Below are positions 34,683 to 43,563 of a stretch of 64,000 nt of DNA, in pieces. The stretch's first letter is position 1, and each line of letters starts with the position of its first letter. The notes under the pieces are model-generated. The model had not been told where the DNA came from. It worked only from the letters and a program-made list of their open reading frames with translations, and made no database searches. Both the position numbers and the translations under genes were made by a program. Origin of the DNA: Dehalococcoidia bacterium. GTDB taxonomy: Bacteria; Chloroflexota; Dehalococcoidia; Lucifugimonadales; UBA3495. The stretch is taken from NCBI GenBank assembly GCA_034423215.1, contig DAOUIY010000060.1, positions 11,305-75,304 on the forward strand, given 5' to 3'.

Positions 34683-37150
34683 GGCTCCCCGCCCACCGAC
34701 GGGTCCGCCCACTGCACTATCCCCCTGCTGCCCAGGGCATCAATTTCCTCATCCTCGTACCCTATCTCCCTCAGCAGCGGCCTCGTGTGCTGGCCTACCT
34801 GGATGGAGGTCCGGTAAAGGCCCGGGGTCAGCGAAAACTCCACCAGCCCGCCGTACCGGAGGTACTTTCCGATGAACGGGTGTTCCACTTCAACGCTGAG
34901 GGCCATTTCCCTGGCGTGGGGGTGGTCTGCGTAAAAGTCTCCCTCCAGGGCCTCGTCCGCCTGCACACAGCCCACGTCCGCCGCCGTGAGCATCGCTTCC
35001 CACTCCGCGGCGTAGCCCTGGGCGAATACTGCCCCTATCTCGCCAATCAGGGCCTCGTCATTGGCCAGCCGCGCCTCCCGCGTGGCGAAGCGGGCATCGG
35101 CCATCAGTTCTTCCTGTCCCACCGTCCGGCAGAAGGCCTCCCATTCCTCCTGGAACAGGCAGCCCAGAAACACCCACCCCTGGCGGCAGCGGTAGAGCCG
35201 GTACAGGGCATGGAGGCCGTGAATCTCTTCGTCGGGCCGGGCGATGGCGGGGCGGCCTTCGTAATCGTAGTATTCATCGGCGTTGGTCCAGGCGTTGGCA
35301 TTCAGCATGGTAACGTGGACGGGCTGACCCTTGCCCGTCTGGTCCCGCGCCCGCAGGCCCAGCATGATGGCCGTCGCCACCGCCGGCGACGTGTTCTGAT
35401 CCGGCCCCCAGTTGGCCTTCATCATCCAGCGGGTGGCCTCCACCGTTTCCTCCATATCCATAGCCTGTTCCGGCGGCGGCGGCATGGCTCGTCCCATCTG
35501 CCGCATGGCCCCGCCCATTATGGCCCCCGGAATGGGGTGGGCGCCCGGCCGGCGGGCGTGCTCCCCCACTTCCCCGTAGGTGCCCATCCAAACGTGCACC
35601 AGGCCCGGGTTAATCTTCCGGCAGGTCTCCCAGTCTATCTGGAGCCGTTCCGGAACGCCCAGCCGGAAGTTGTGCGACAGCACGTCGGCCCTGGCTATGA
35701 GCCTGTGGATGACCTCCTTTCCCTCCGGGGTCTGGAGGTCAATTTGAATGCCCTCTTTGCCGGCGTAGGTGCGCGGTTCCGCCACCGATTGCGCCGTGGA
35801 CCGCCGTCCCTCATCCAGCCGCCGGTCCGTCGCGTCAACCTTGATAACCCGCGCCCCCAGGTCTGCCAGCAGGGCGGCGGCGTAGGGCCCGGCCTGGATG
35901 GTGGAAAGGTCAAGAATGGTCACCCCCGCCAGGGGATGCGCCGGAAGCGTTTGCGCCGGAAGCGTTTGCGACAAAGCGGACTGCGGCGTAGGGGCCTGCT
36001 CGGAAAGATTCCCCGTTTCGGTGTCGTGCTCTCCCACGTACGGAGCCGGTCCGCTCGGCTCTCCCGGCGTCTGCTTCAAGTCCACCAGCGGAGCCAGGGT
36101 GCGCATGGGGCCCACCCTCGGGTCATCTACCGTAACCACCGTCCCGTTGGCCACCACCGCAGGATGGTCCATGGCCTCGACGCAGGTGCGGTAAGGTTCG
36201 GCGGCAATATCGCCGTCCTGCAGGTAAATCTCCATCCATTCCCCGGCCGTCTTCTCCAGTTGCCTTTGCAGAATCTCCCTCCGCAGCAACTCCCTGTTTT
36301 CCGCGCTGACGGCGGGCGCTCTCTCGAACCGTTCGTCCTCCAGCAGGTCGCCCAGCCCGATGGCCCTGAGATGCCCCTGGATGTGCGGCACCCGCTGGTT
36401 GGCGTGCTGCAGCCACCCGCCATCCCTGGTGCGGACGGGAATATAGCCGATGGTGGAGAGGCCCCGGCTGGGCGGCCGCACCGGAAACCGGTCCGGGTCT
36501 TTCCGCGCCAGTTGCAGGTTAACCAGCCCGCCGGCTCCGGCATTGTTGTCGTGGGGCGAAGCCAGGGCCTGAACGATGCTGGTCTGCACCCATTGCCCGC
36601 GCCCGCACTGGTCGCGCACCCGCAGCGCGGCGATAATCCCCCGCAGCGCGGCCTGGCTGGCGTGCCAGCTTCCCGTTGGCACCGCCGAATACACCGGGCC
36701 GTCCCGGTTGGGCTGTCCCTGCAAGTTCAGCATCCGGCCCGCCTTGGCCGCAACTACGCCCTCGTAGCCCTTCACCCGCCGCAGCGGTCCCTCCTGTCCA
36801 AATCCCGTTATGGAGCAATAGACCAGCCGGGCGTAAAGCTGCGCCAGGTCCTTGTACGACAGTCCCCAAGCCTCCATGTCCCCCGGGCGAAAGGACTCCA
36901 CCAGCACGTCGGCCTCGCCGATAAGCCGGATGGCCCGCTCGCGGCCCTCCCCGGTAGTCAGGTCCAGCACAACGCCCTTCTTGCCCCGGTTCCACGAAAT
37001 CCACCCCGGCTCAAAGCGGTAGGGGTCTCCCCCCGGCGGTTCTACCTTGATAACCTCCGCTCCGTAGTCGGCCATCACCAGGGCGCAGAGGGCCCCAGGC
37101 ATTCCCCAGGAGAAATCCAGTACGGTCAGGCCGGTGCATGGTCCTGCCAC
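34679..37150 (-). CDS. tandem-fused family III (CaiB/BaiF) CoA-transferase, two complete domains
   Basis: Domain 1 LTVLDFSWGMPGALCALVMADYGAEVIKVEPPGGDP. Domain 2 (from ~aa 405) VTILDLSTIQAGPYAAALLADLGARVIKVD. 823 aa, roughly double the 409-aa paralogue at 39401. Confidence 0.8.
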   Translation of the reverse strand: MAGPCTGLTVLDFSWGMPGALCALVMADYGAEVIKVEPPGGDPYRFEPGWISWNRGKKGVVLDLTTGEGRERAIRLIGEADVLVESFRPGDMEAWGLSYKDLAQLYARLVYCSITGFGQEGPLRRVKGYEGVVAAKAGRMLNLQGQPNRDGPVYSAVPTGSWHASQAALRGIIAALRVRDQCGRGQWVQTSIVQALASPHDNNAGAGGLVNLQLARKDPDRFPVRPPSRGLSTIGYIPVRTRDGGWLQHANQRVPHIQGHLRAIGLGDLLEDERFERAPAVSAENRELLRREILQRQLEKTAGEWMEIYLQDGDIAAEPYRTCVEAMDHPAVVANGTVVTVDDPRVGPMRTLAPLVDLKQTPGEPSGPAPYVGEHDTETGNLSEQAPTPQSALSQTLPAQTLPAHPLAGVTILDLSTIQAGPYAAALLADLGARVIKVDATDRRLDEGRRSTAQSVAEPRTYAGKEGIQIDLQTPEGKEVIHRLIARADVLSHNFRLGVPERLQIDWETCRKINPGLVHVWMGTYGEVGEHARRPGAHPIPGAIMGGAMRQMGRAMPPPPEQAMDMEETVEATRWMMKANWGPDQNTSPAVATAIMLGLRARDQTGKGQPVHVTMLNANAWTNADEYYDYEGRPAIARPDEEIHGLHALYRLYRCRQGWVFLGCLFQEEWEAFCRTVGQEELMADARFATREARLANDEALIGEIGAVFAQGYAAEWEAMLTAADVGCVQADEALEGDFYADHPHAREMALSVEVEHPFIGKYLRYGGLVEFSLTPGLYRTSIQVGQHTRPLLREIGYEDEEIDALGSRGIVQWADPSVGGEP

Positions 37151-37310
37151 GATTCACCTCTCCCCGTCAAAACGGTCCGTCCCCGGCACCCTGCTCAAGA
37201 CTCAATTGGAAGCTCAACTCAACACCCAAGCCGACATTTAAGCCAGGGCGCAAAAGTGAGTATGCCGCCCACCCATCAAACCCGTCAACCTCGCCCAACT
37301 TGCATCCCCT

Positions 37311-37536
37311 CAGGACAATCGCATTACAGAAAAATGTCATGCTGAGCGAAGCCGAAGCATCTAAGCTCCTGCCCAGTGGCCTGGTTACGGTTTCCGGGCC
37401 ATGGTTTCCGGGCCATGGTGCCCGGGTTGTGGTTTCCGGCGAGGATTTTGGACCCTTCGGCAAGCTCAGGGTGACATTCATTTCCAGGGGGAAGATCATC
37501 CGCAAGTTACGACAAGCCAATAATGCAATTGCCCTG
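37311..37536 (+). repeat. interspersed repeat, family D (full length)
   Basis: caggacaatcgcattacag..tgtcatgctgagcgaagccgaagcatctaag...cggcaagctcagggtgacattc...taatgcaattgccctg. The termini are inverted repeats. Confidence 0.8.
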
Positions 37537-37590
37537 CACCGGCGGACTCCCGGGTTCATCCATCAATGCAACGCGATCGCGCCGCATCCC

Positions 37591-37728
37591 TGGGGCGTGT
37601 CGTCAAGAAGAAGGTGGAAGTTGCCGAACCCCCACTTCGTCGTTCCCGCGAAGGCGGGAACCTCGACCGGCTGGAGTCGAGGTTCCTGCCTTCGCAGGAA
37701 TGACGGTGCAATTGGCGCCACCCCCTAA
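37591..37728 (-). repeat. interspersed repeat, family B (inverted orientation)
   Basis: tggggcgtgtcgtcaag...tcgttcccgcgaaggcgggaacctcgaccgg...ggttcctgccttcgcaggaatgacggtgcaattggcgccaccccctaa. Contains the MFS gene stop codon. Confidence 0.75.
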
Positions 37729-38972
37729 TTCAACCGCCGTATGTTCGGCATTGCCAGCATGGTTACCACGCTGACCACGCTCAGTATCGCCCCGTTAATC
37801 AGCAAAGCCCTCGGGGCTCCCACTATTCCCGCCAGCGCGCCCACCCCCACGTGCCCCACCGGGGCAAACCCGATGCTCAGCACCCACGAACCCATGGCCC
37901 GCCCCCGCTCCTCGTCGGACACCAGTTCCTGCATCAGGGTCTTGTAGAGCGTATCCACCGCCATGGCGCAGGCGTTTACGAACAGCAGCACCCCCAGGAA
38001 GGCGTAGATGTTGCCCGACAGGGAAAAGGCCATCAACCCTCCGCCAAAGCCCAGCGCCGTCACAAACATCATCAGGCCCTTCTTCCGGTAGGCCCCCAGC
38101 CCGGCCAGCACCCACAGGCCCAGTAGGCCGCCCATCTGCCGCGCCGCCGTCATCACCCCCAGCCCCGTCGGCCCCACCTGCAGCACATCCTTGGCAAACA
38201 CCGGCAGCAGCGTCATGTGGGTAAAGCCCAGCACCTCCGTCACCGCGGTCAGGCACATCAGCGCCAGCAGAAAGCGACGGCTGCGTACCAGCCTGGCGTA
38301 GCCCGCCAGGTTTTGCAGCACCGACGTGGCCGCCGACCGCGCCGACCGCCCCGGGTTGCTCAGCGCCAGCGTGGCCAGGGCGGCGCAAAAGTAGCAGGCG
38401 GCCGCCGCCACGAACTGCCAGCCCGCTCCCACCGCCTCAATCAGGGCCCCCGACGCCAGGGAGCCGAGGATGCCGCCTCCCTGCATTGCCATCGCCCCCA
38501 GGGCCAGCCCGTTCAACGACAGGCCCGAGCCCACGATGTCGAAGGTATAGGTCTGCCGCACCGTCAGCGTGAAGGCGAACATGCAGCCCAGCGCGCCCAC
38601 CAGTCCCACCACCACCCACACGTTGACCAGGCCTCCCATCAAAAGCAGCAACAGGGCCATCACCAGCGCGACTGCGGCGGCCCCCAGGTTCCCTATCCTC
38701 AACAGCAACCGCCGGTCCCACCGGTCGGTGATGGCCCCCGACAGGATTCCGAACAGGAAGAAGGGCAGCATCCGGGCCGCCGCTCCCACGCCCACCATCA
38801 ACTCCGAGCCGGTCAGCTCGAAAATAAGCCACCCCACCGACACCTGTTCCATCCCGTTGGCCAGGGAGTACAGCAGCGTAGATGCCCACAGCAGGCGGAA
38901 GTCCCTGATACGCAGGGACGCCGCCCAGTTTCCCATGCCCGTAATTCGACGCGCCATTGGCCGATGATACAC
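37725..38972 (-). CDS. MFS transporter (EntS/MFS_3-like)
   Basis: RDFRLLWASTLLYSLANGMEQVSVGWLIFELTGS and about 12 hydrophobic segments. DRWDRRLLL loop motif. Confidence 0.8.
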   Translation of the reverse strand: MYHRPMARRITGMGNWAASLRIRDFRLLWASTLLYSLANGMEQVSVGWLIFELTGSELMVGVGAAARMLPFFLFGILSGAITDRWDRRLLLRIGNLGAAAVALVMALLLLLMGGLVNVWVVVGLVGALGCMFAFTLTVRQTYTFDIVGSGLSLNGLALGAMAMQGGGILGSLASGALIEAVGAGWQFVAAAACYFCAALATLALSNPGRSARSAATSVLQNLAGYARLVRSRRFLLALMCLTAVTEVLGFTHMTLLPVFAKDVLQVGPTGLGVMTAARQMGGLLGLWVLAGLGAYRKKGLMMFVTALGFGGGLMAFSLSGNIYAFLGVLLFVNACAMAVDTLYKTLMQELVSDEERGRAMGSWVLSIGFAPVGHVGVGALAGIVGAPRALLINGAILSVVSVVTMLAMPNIRRLN

Positions 38973-38974
38973 CC

Positions 38975-39345
38975 CAGGGCAAACGCATTCTAATGCGCAA
39001 GAGTCGTCGTTCCCGCGAAACCGGGAACCTCGAACCTCGAAGCCCAGCCCGAGGACTTCTACATCGTCGTTCCCGCGAAACCGGAAACCTCGAACCTCGA
39101 AGCCCAGTCCGAGGACTGCTACATCGTCGTTCCCGCGCAGGCGGGAACCTCGAACCTCGAAGCCCAGTCCGAGGACTTCTACGTCGTCGTTCCCGCGAAA
39201 CCGGAAACCTCGAACCTTGAAGCCCAGTCCGAGGACTGCTACATCGTCGTTCCCGCGCAGGCGGGAACCTCGATCCCGGCAAATAATATCCCAGGGCCCG
39301 TCTATCCCTGGGGATTCCGGTCAGGGAGAGAATCCGTTTGCCCTG
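38975..39345 (+). repeat. family E repeat expanded by an internal 60-bp tandem array
   Basis: Termini cagggcaaacgcattcta ... agaatccgtttgccctg are inverted repeats. Fills the whole divergent MFS / CoA-transferase intergenic region. Confidence 0.8.
39003..39273. repeat. 60-bp tandem repeat, ~4.5 copies
   Basis: Unit tcgtcgttcccgcgaaaccgggaacctcgaacctcgaagcccagcccgaggacttctaca recurs with exact 60-bp phase and a few substitutions. There is no unique spacer sequence. Confidence 0.9.
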
Positions 39346-39400
39346 GCGGGTTATACTGGTTGCGAAAGTTACCAAGTCACGAGAAAGCGTGGTATTTGCA

Positions 39401-40630
39401 ATGCAGCCACTGAGCGATATCCGGGTCCTTGCCGTCACCGTATTCCTGGCCGGCCCCTACCTCAGCATGAACCTGGCCCGCATGGGCGCCGAGGTTATCA
39501 AGGTGGAAATACCGGGGCGGGGCGACCCCGTCCGCGGCAACGGCCCCTTTGCCGGGCCCCGGGGCGTCCACAACACCCCGCAGACCGATCAGGACATCGC
39601 CACCCGGTTCCTCAAGCGCACCCAGGGCGTCAAGAGCGTCACCCTGAACCTTAGAGACCCCAGGGGACGGGAGATGTTCCTGGACATGGCCCGCCAGGCC
39701 GACATTGTCCTGGAGAACCTGGCCCCCGGGTCCATGCGCCGGCTGGGGCTGGGCTATGACGACGTGTCCGCGGTCAATCCGGGCATCATCTACTGCTCCA
39801 TCGCCGGTTACGGCCAGACCGGCCCCTACGCCGACCGTCCGGCCCACGACCCGCAAATCCAGGGCATGAGCGGCTTGATGGACATTAACGGCGATGCCGA
39901 CGGCCCTCCCACCAAGGTGGGTTTCTACATCGGCGACCTGGTGGCTCCCCTGTTCGCCGCCTACTCCATCATGGGCGCCCTGCGGGATAAGGAGCGCACC
40001 GGACAGGGCCAGCATCTGGACGTTTCCATGATGGACACCCTCGCCGCCCTGATGTTCATGGAAAACCTGGAGGAGGACGTGCAGCAGGGCAATCCCCTGC
40101 GTACCGGCAACACCAGCCGGGGCGGCCCCACCGGCCTGTACCATGCCTCCGACGCCGACCTGATCATCACCGCCGCCAGCGACGACCAGTGGCGCCGCTT
40201 GTGCCAGGCCCTCTCCGCCCCGGAACTGCTGGAAGACCCGCGCTTCACCGACTACGCCTCCCGGGTCACCAACGTCGGCGACGCCCGGGCCGAAGTCCAG
40301 CAGCGCGTCGGCCAAATGACCCAGGCCCAAATCCTGGCCCGGCTGGAGGAGTACGACGTGCCCTGCGGCCCGGTCCGCACCGTTCCAGACATCATTGCCG
40401 ACCCCCACTTCTACCAGAGGGGAACCCTCCAGCCCATGCGCCACGGCGCCATGGATGCCCCCGTCCCCGGCGGCATAGCGTCCGCCTTCCCGGTCGTATT
40501 CTCCGGCCAGCCCCTGCCAACCCTGCCCGGCGCCCCAACCCTGGGCATGCACAACGCCGAGATTTACGGCAAGCTGCTGGGGCTGGAGGCGGCGGATTTG
40601 GAGGGGTTGCGGTCGGGCGGGGTGATATAG
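39401..40630 (+). CDS. family III (CaiB/BaiF) CoA-transferase
   Basis: Started at ATG 39401 (MQPLSDIRVLAVTVFLAGPYLSMNLARMGAEVIKVE). DRPAHDPQIQGMSGLM contains the conserved catalytic-Asp region. Confidence 0.85.
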   Translation: MQPLSDIRVLAVTVFLAGPYLSMNLARMGAEVIKVEIPGRGDPVRGNGPFAGPRGVHNTPQTDQDIATRFLKRTQGVKSVTLNLRDPRGREMFLDMARQADIVLENLAPGSMRRLGLGYDDVSAVNPGIIYCSIAGYGQTGPYADRPAHDPQIQGMSGLMDINGDADGPPTKVGFYIGDLVAPLFAAYSIMGALRDKERTGQGQHLDVSMMDTLAALMFMENLEEDVQQGNPLRTGNTSRGGPTGLYHASDADLIITAASDDQWRRLCQALSAPELLEDPRFTDYASRVTNVGDARAEVQQRVGQMTQAQILARLEEYDVPCGPVRTVPDIIADPHFYQRGTLQPMRHGAMDAPVPGGIASAFPVVFSGQPLPTLPGAPTLGMHNAEIYGKLLGLEAADLEGLRSGGVI

Positions 40631-40695
40631 AGTAGGGGCGGGTTTTATGCCCGCCCGCACACCTCCTGTCCAAACAAAGTATCTGCGAGGCTCAC

Positions 40696-41598
40696 ATGAG
40701 GTTCAAAGCCAAACCCCTGCGGTCGGTCATGTACGTCCCTGGCAACCGCGAAGACTGGATGCGCAAGGCCCACCAGTACGGTCCCGACGCCCTGATTCTG
40801 GACCTGGAAGACTCAGTGCCCGAGGCCGAAAAGGACAAGGCCCGCGGGCTGGTAGCCGCCATGGTGGAAGAGTTGGGTTCAGCCGGACAGACCCTTTTCG
40901 TCCGCGTCAACCGCCTGGAAACCGAGCTAACCGGCTTCGACCTGGAAGCAGTCACCGGCCCCCACCTCTACGGCATCCTGCTGCCCAAGGTGGAGCGGCC
41001 CGAGGACGTGGTCGAGGTGGATACCCTGCTCAGGTTCTTCGAGCGCAAGGCGGGCATGGCCGTCGGGTCCATCTGCATTGACCCGGCCCTGGAAACGGCC
41101 GACGGCATCCGGCAGGCCTACGACATCGCCATGGCCTCGGACCGGGTGGCCCACATGGGCGGCAGCGGCGGCAAGGGCGGCGACACCGCCCGCTCCATCG
41201 GCTTCCAGTGGACGCCCGAAGGCATGGAAACCCTGTTCATCAAGTCCAAGGTGCTGGTGGATGCCCGTTCCGCCGGAATCGAGTTCCCCATCAGCGGCGG
41301 CTGGTTCGATATCCACGACCTGGACGGCCTGCGCGACCTGGCCAACCAGTTGAGGCAACTGGGCTATACCGGGATGCACCTCATCCACCCGTCCCACGTT
41401 CCCGTGGTCAACGAAGTATTCACCCCCAGCCCCGAGCAGATTGCTCACTGGCAGGGTCTGCTGAAGGCCATGGAGGAACAGCGACAATCCGGCAGCGCAG
41501 TGGTAACCTACGCCGGCGACATGGTGGATATCGCCCACGAACAAACCGCCCGCACCATGCTGGAAATGGTCCGCCAGTGGGGCATTGACACCGAGTAG
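40696..41598 (+). CDS. HpcH/HpaI aldolase / CitE-like acyl-CoA lyase
   Basis: RSVMYVPGNREDWMRKAHQYGPDALILDLEDSVPEAEKDKAR is the CitE/malyl-CoA lyase N-terminal signature. 300 aa. Confidence 0.8.
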   Translation: MRFKAKPLRSVMYVPGNREDWMRKAHQYGPDALILDLEDSVPEAEKDKARGLVAAMVEELGSAGQTLFVRVNRLETELTGFDLEAVTGPHLYGILLPKVERPEDVVEVDTLLRFFERKAGMAVGSICIDPALETADGIRQAYDIAMASDRVAHMGGSGGKGGDTARSIGFQWTPEGMETLFIKSKVLVDARSAGIEFPISGGWFDIHDLDGLRDLANQLRQLGYTGMHLIHPSHVPVVNEVFTPSPEQIAHWQGLLKAMEEQRQSGSAVVTYAGDMVDIAHEQTARTMLEMVRQWGIDTE

Positions 41599-41787
41599 TC
41601 CGACAACTTTGAAATGATGGTTGAAACCGCTCTTCTCCGTCGTTTCGGCGAAGGCCGGAACCCAGAAGTCCTGAAGGTAAGGAACCATGTCCAACGCCAA
41701 CCTTATTGGATTCTGATTGGCTTCTGGCCTGCGCCAGAATGACGGACTTCTATAGTTGCCCATCAATCCAAAGTGGTCAAACTACTG
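41595..41787 (+). repeat. interspersed repeat, family C (copy 1 of a head-to-tail pair)
   Basis: Begins gtagtccgacaactttgaaatgatgg (includes the citE-like TAG stop) and ends ccaaagtggtcaaactactg. 193 bp. Confidence 0.85.
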
Positions 41788-41980
41788 GTAGTCCGACAAC
41801 TTTGAAATGATGGTTGAACCCGCTCTTCTCCGTCGTTCCGGCGAAGGCCGGAACCCAGAAGTCCTGAAGGTAAGGAACCATGTCCAACGCCAACCTTATT
41901 GGATTCTGATTGGCTTCTGGCCTCCGCCGGAATGACGGACTTCTATAGTTACCCATCAATCCAAAGTGGTCAAACTACTG
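41788..41980 (+). repeat. interspersed repeat, family C (copy 2 of a head-to-tail pair)
   Basis: 193-bp unit nearly identical to 41595-41787 and immediately adjacent. Confidence 0.85.
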
Positions 41981-42108
41981 GATTGAAGTGACGGCTAATA
42001 CCCTAACCCGTCATTCCTGCGAAGGCAGGAATCTTAACTCCACCCCGCCAACTTCCGCCCTGAGCCGAAGCGACGGGCTGGCTCCAAAGCTGAATTGCAA
42101 TACCCCCG

Positions 42109-42996
42109 CTACCCCCCCTCCCTCGGGTGCTTCGCCAGAAAATCGTCGGCAATTTCCTCCATAGTTACGAAGCGCACGCCTTCGTGGGAGCGGATGTATT
42201 CCGCGATGCGCTCCAGCATCAGCAGCACCTGCGGCCGGCCGCTCACGTCCGGGTGGATGGTTATGGGGAACACCGCTTCGTCGTACTCCCGGTACACCCA
42301 ATCAAACTGGTCCCGCCAAATCTGCTCAATGTCTCTGGGATTCACGAAGCCGTGGCTGTTGGGCGACGCCTTAATGAACATCATCGGAGGCAGGTCGTCC
42401 AGGTACCAGTTGGCCGGTATCTCCACCAGGTCGGTCTCCACGCCGCGTTCCAGGGCGTGCATCCAGTGGTCCGCCGGCATACCGTAGTCAATCTTCGTCC
42501 AGCGGTCGCCCACGCGGACGTAGTAGCACTCAAAGTCCCGGTGCATCAGGCTGTGGTCGTACTTGATGCCGTGCTTCAGCAGCAGTTCGTTGGTAACGTG
42601 GCTGAACTCCCACCACGGCGCCACGTAGCCCCGCGGCCGTTTCCCCGAAACCTCGGTAATCAGGTCAATGCACCGCAGCAGCACCGTCTCCTCCTGCTCC
42701 GGCGACATGGAGATGGGATTCTCGTGGGAGTAGCCGTGCATTCCCACCTCGTGCCCCTGCTCCACTATCATCCGGCATTCGTCGGGAAAGGTCTCGATGG
42801 AATGGCCGGGGATGAACCAACTGGTCTTGATGCCCAGCCGTTCAAAGAGCTTCAGCAGCCGGGGCGTTCCCACTTCCCCGGCGAACAGGCCGCGGGAAAT
42901 ATCGTCGGGCGAGTCCTCCCCGCCGTAGGAACCCAGCCAACCGCCCACGGCGTCCAGGTCAACCCCAAAGGCGCACAATATCTGCTTGTCGGCCAT
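42109..42996 (-). CDS. polysaccharide deacetylase family protein (PuuE-like)
   Basis: [11 protein letters not shown]...[15 protein letters not shown]...[14 protein letters not shown] matches NodB-homology motifs. Confidence 0.72.
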   Translation of the reverse strand: MADKQILCAFGVDLDAVGGWLGSYGGEDSPDDISRGLFAGEVGTPRLLKLFERLGIKTSWFIPGHSIETFPDECRMIVEQGHEVGMHGYSHENPISMSPEQEETVLLRCIDLITEVSGKRPRGYVAPWWEFSHVTNELLLKHGIKYDHSLMHRDFECYYVRVGDRWTKIDYGMPADHWMHALERGVETDLVEIPANWYLDDLPPMMFIKASPNSHGFVNPRDIEQIWRDQFDWVYREYDEAVFPITIHPDVSGRPQVLLMLERIAEYIRSHEGVRFVTMEEIADDFLAKHPREGG

Positions 42997-43200
42997 CTCT
43001 TGTCTCCTCGCGGCAGTCCCCTGCCAAAGTTCGCCCCATCATACACCCGCCCCTTTCCCCGCCACAATTGCGCCGCCTCCCCAGCAAACGCTCAGAGCCA
43101 AGGCACACAGGCTACCCCGGGAGTCATCATTCCGGCGTTGAACCTAAAGACGGTATTTGCCTGGGGTTGCCGTCAAGGGGTTTTCAGGTTTATGAGGGAA

Positions 43201-43229
43201 TTGCTGTACTTCGGCTGTGTTTGTATAAT
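43201..43229 (+). promoter_or_regulatory. putative sigma70-type promoter (TTGCTG-17-TATAAT, TG-extended)
   Basis: ttgctg at 43201-43206, 17-nt spacer, tgtataat with tataat at 43224-43229. Lies 68 nt upstream of ATG 43297. Confidence 0.4.
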
Positions 43230-43296
43230 GGCTAAGATTTGTCCCGCTTCAGTGGCAGGATGCTACCCCGTCCATGTCTCGGAAAAGGAATTTGCA

Positions 43297-43563
43297 ATGA
43301 TTGAGATAGTGCCGGTCAGCGTGCGGAGTAGCGAAGACGGTGGCCGTTGGTATGCCAAAGGACTAACCTACAGCGCCTTGGGTCAGGGCGGCACTCCCAA
43401 TGAGGCGCTGACCCGACTGAAGGAAGCGGTCGTGGCAATGTTCCCGAACTCTATCGTTGAGCTGCGAATCAGGTCGGTAAGTGTAACTTTTCCCTCATCT
43501 CTTTCTGAGGACGATTTCCTGGATTTGGATTGGGTAAAAGACAAGGCTGAAAGGGTGGGCTAA
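43297..43563 (+). CDS. small HicB/UPF0150-fold-like protein (possible antitoxin-type)
   Basis: 88 aa with RBS ggaaaaggaa upstream. EDGGRWYAKGLTYSALGQGGTPNEALTRLKEAV resembles the HicB N-terminal pattern (dGgw.A....l.G..gqG.T.eEAl..lkeA). No HicA partner was seen. Confidence 0.35.
   Translation: MIEIVPVSVRSSEDGGRWYAKGLTYSALGQGGTPNEALTRLKEAVVAMFPNSIVELRIRSVSVTFPSSLSEDDFLDLDWVKDKAERVG

Noticed and set aside
34787-37345. 852-aa plus-strand ORF, and similar long antisense ORFs at 24701-26029, 39377-40660, 42127-43296, 55559-57103, 60508-61707, 62336-63409, 28528-29535, 8906-10601 and 53036-54142
   Set aside because: Each lies opposite a gene with clear family motifs and has an Arg/Gly/Pro/His-rich low-complexity translation without motifs. 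These are classic high-GC shadow frames.
39003-39273. CRISPR-like array (regularly spaced palindromic ttcccgcg...cgggaa units)
   Set aside because: The whole 60-bp period is repeated at high identity, so there are no unique spacers. The array is nested between the inverted termini of a family-E repeat, and no cas genes or leader are present. It is a tandem repeat.
38437-39438. 333-aa minus-strand ORF and 87-aa plus-strand ORF spanning the 60-bp array
   Set aside because: The periodic peptide (GSRFP.SRERR..SPRTGLR) simply mirrors the tandem DNA repeat. The ORF also overlaps the MFS gene out of frame.
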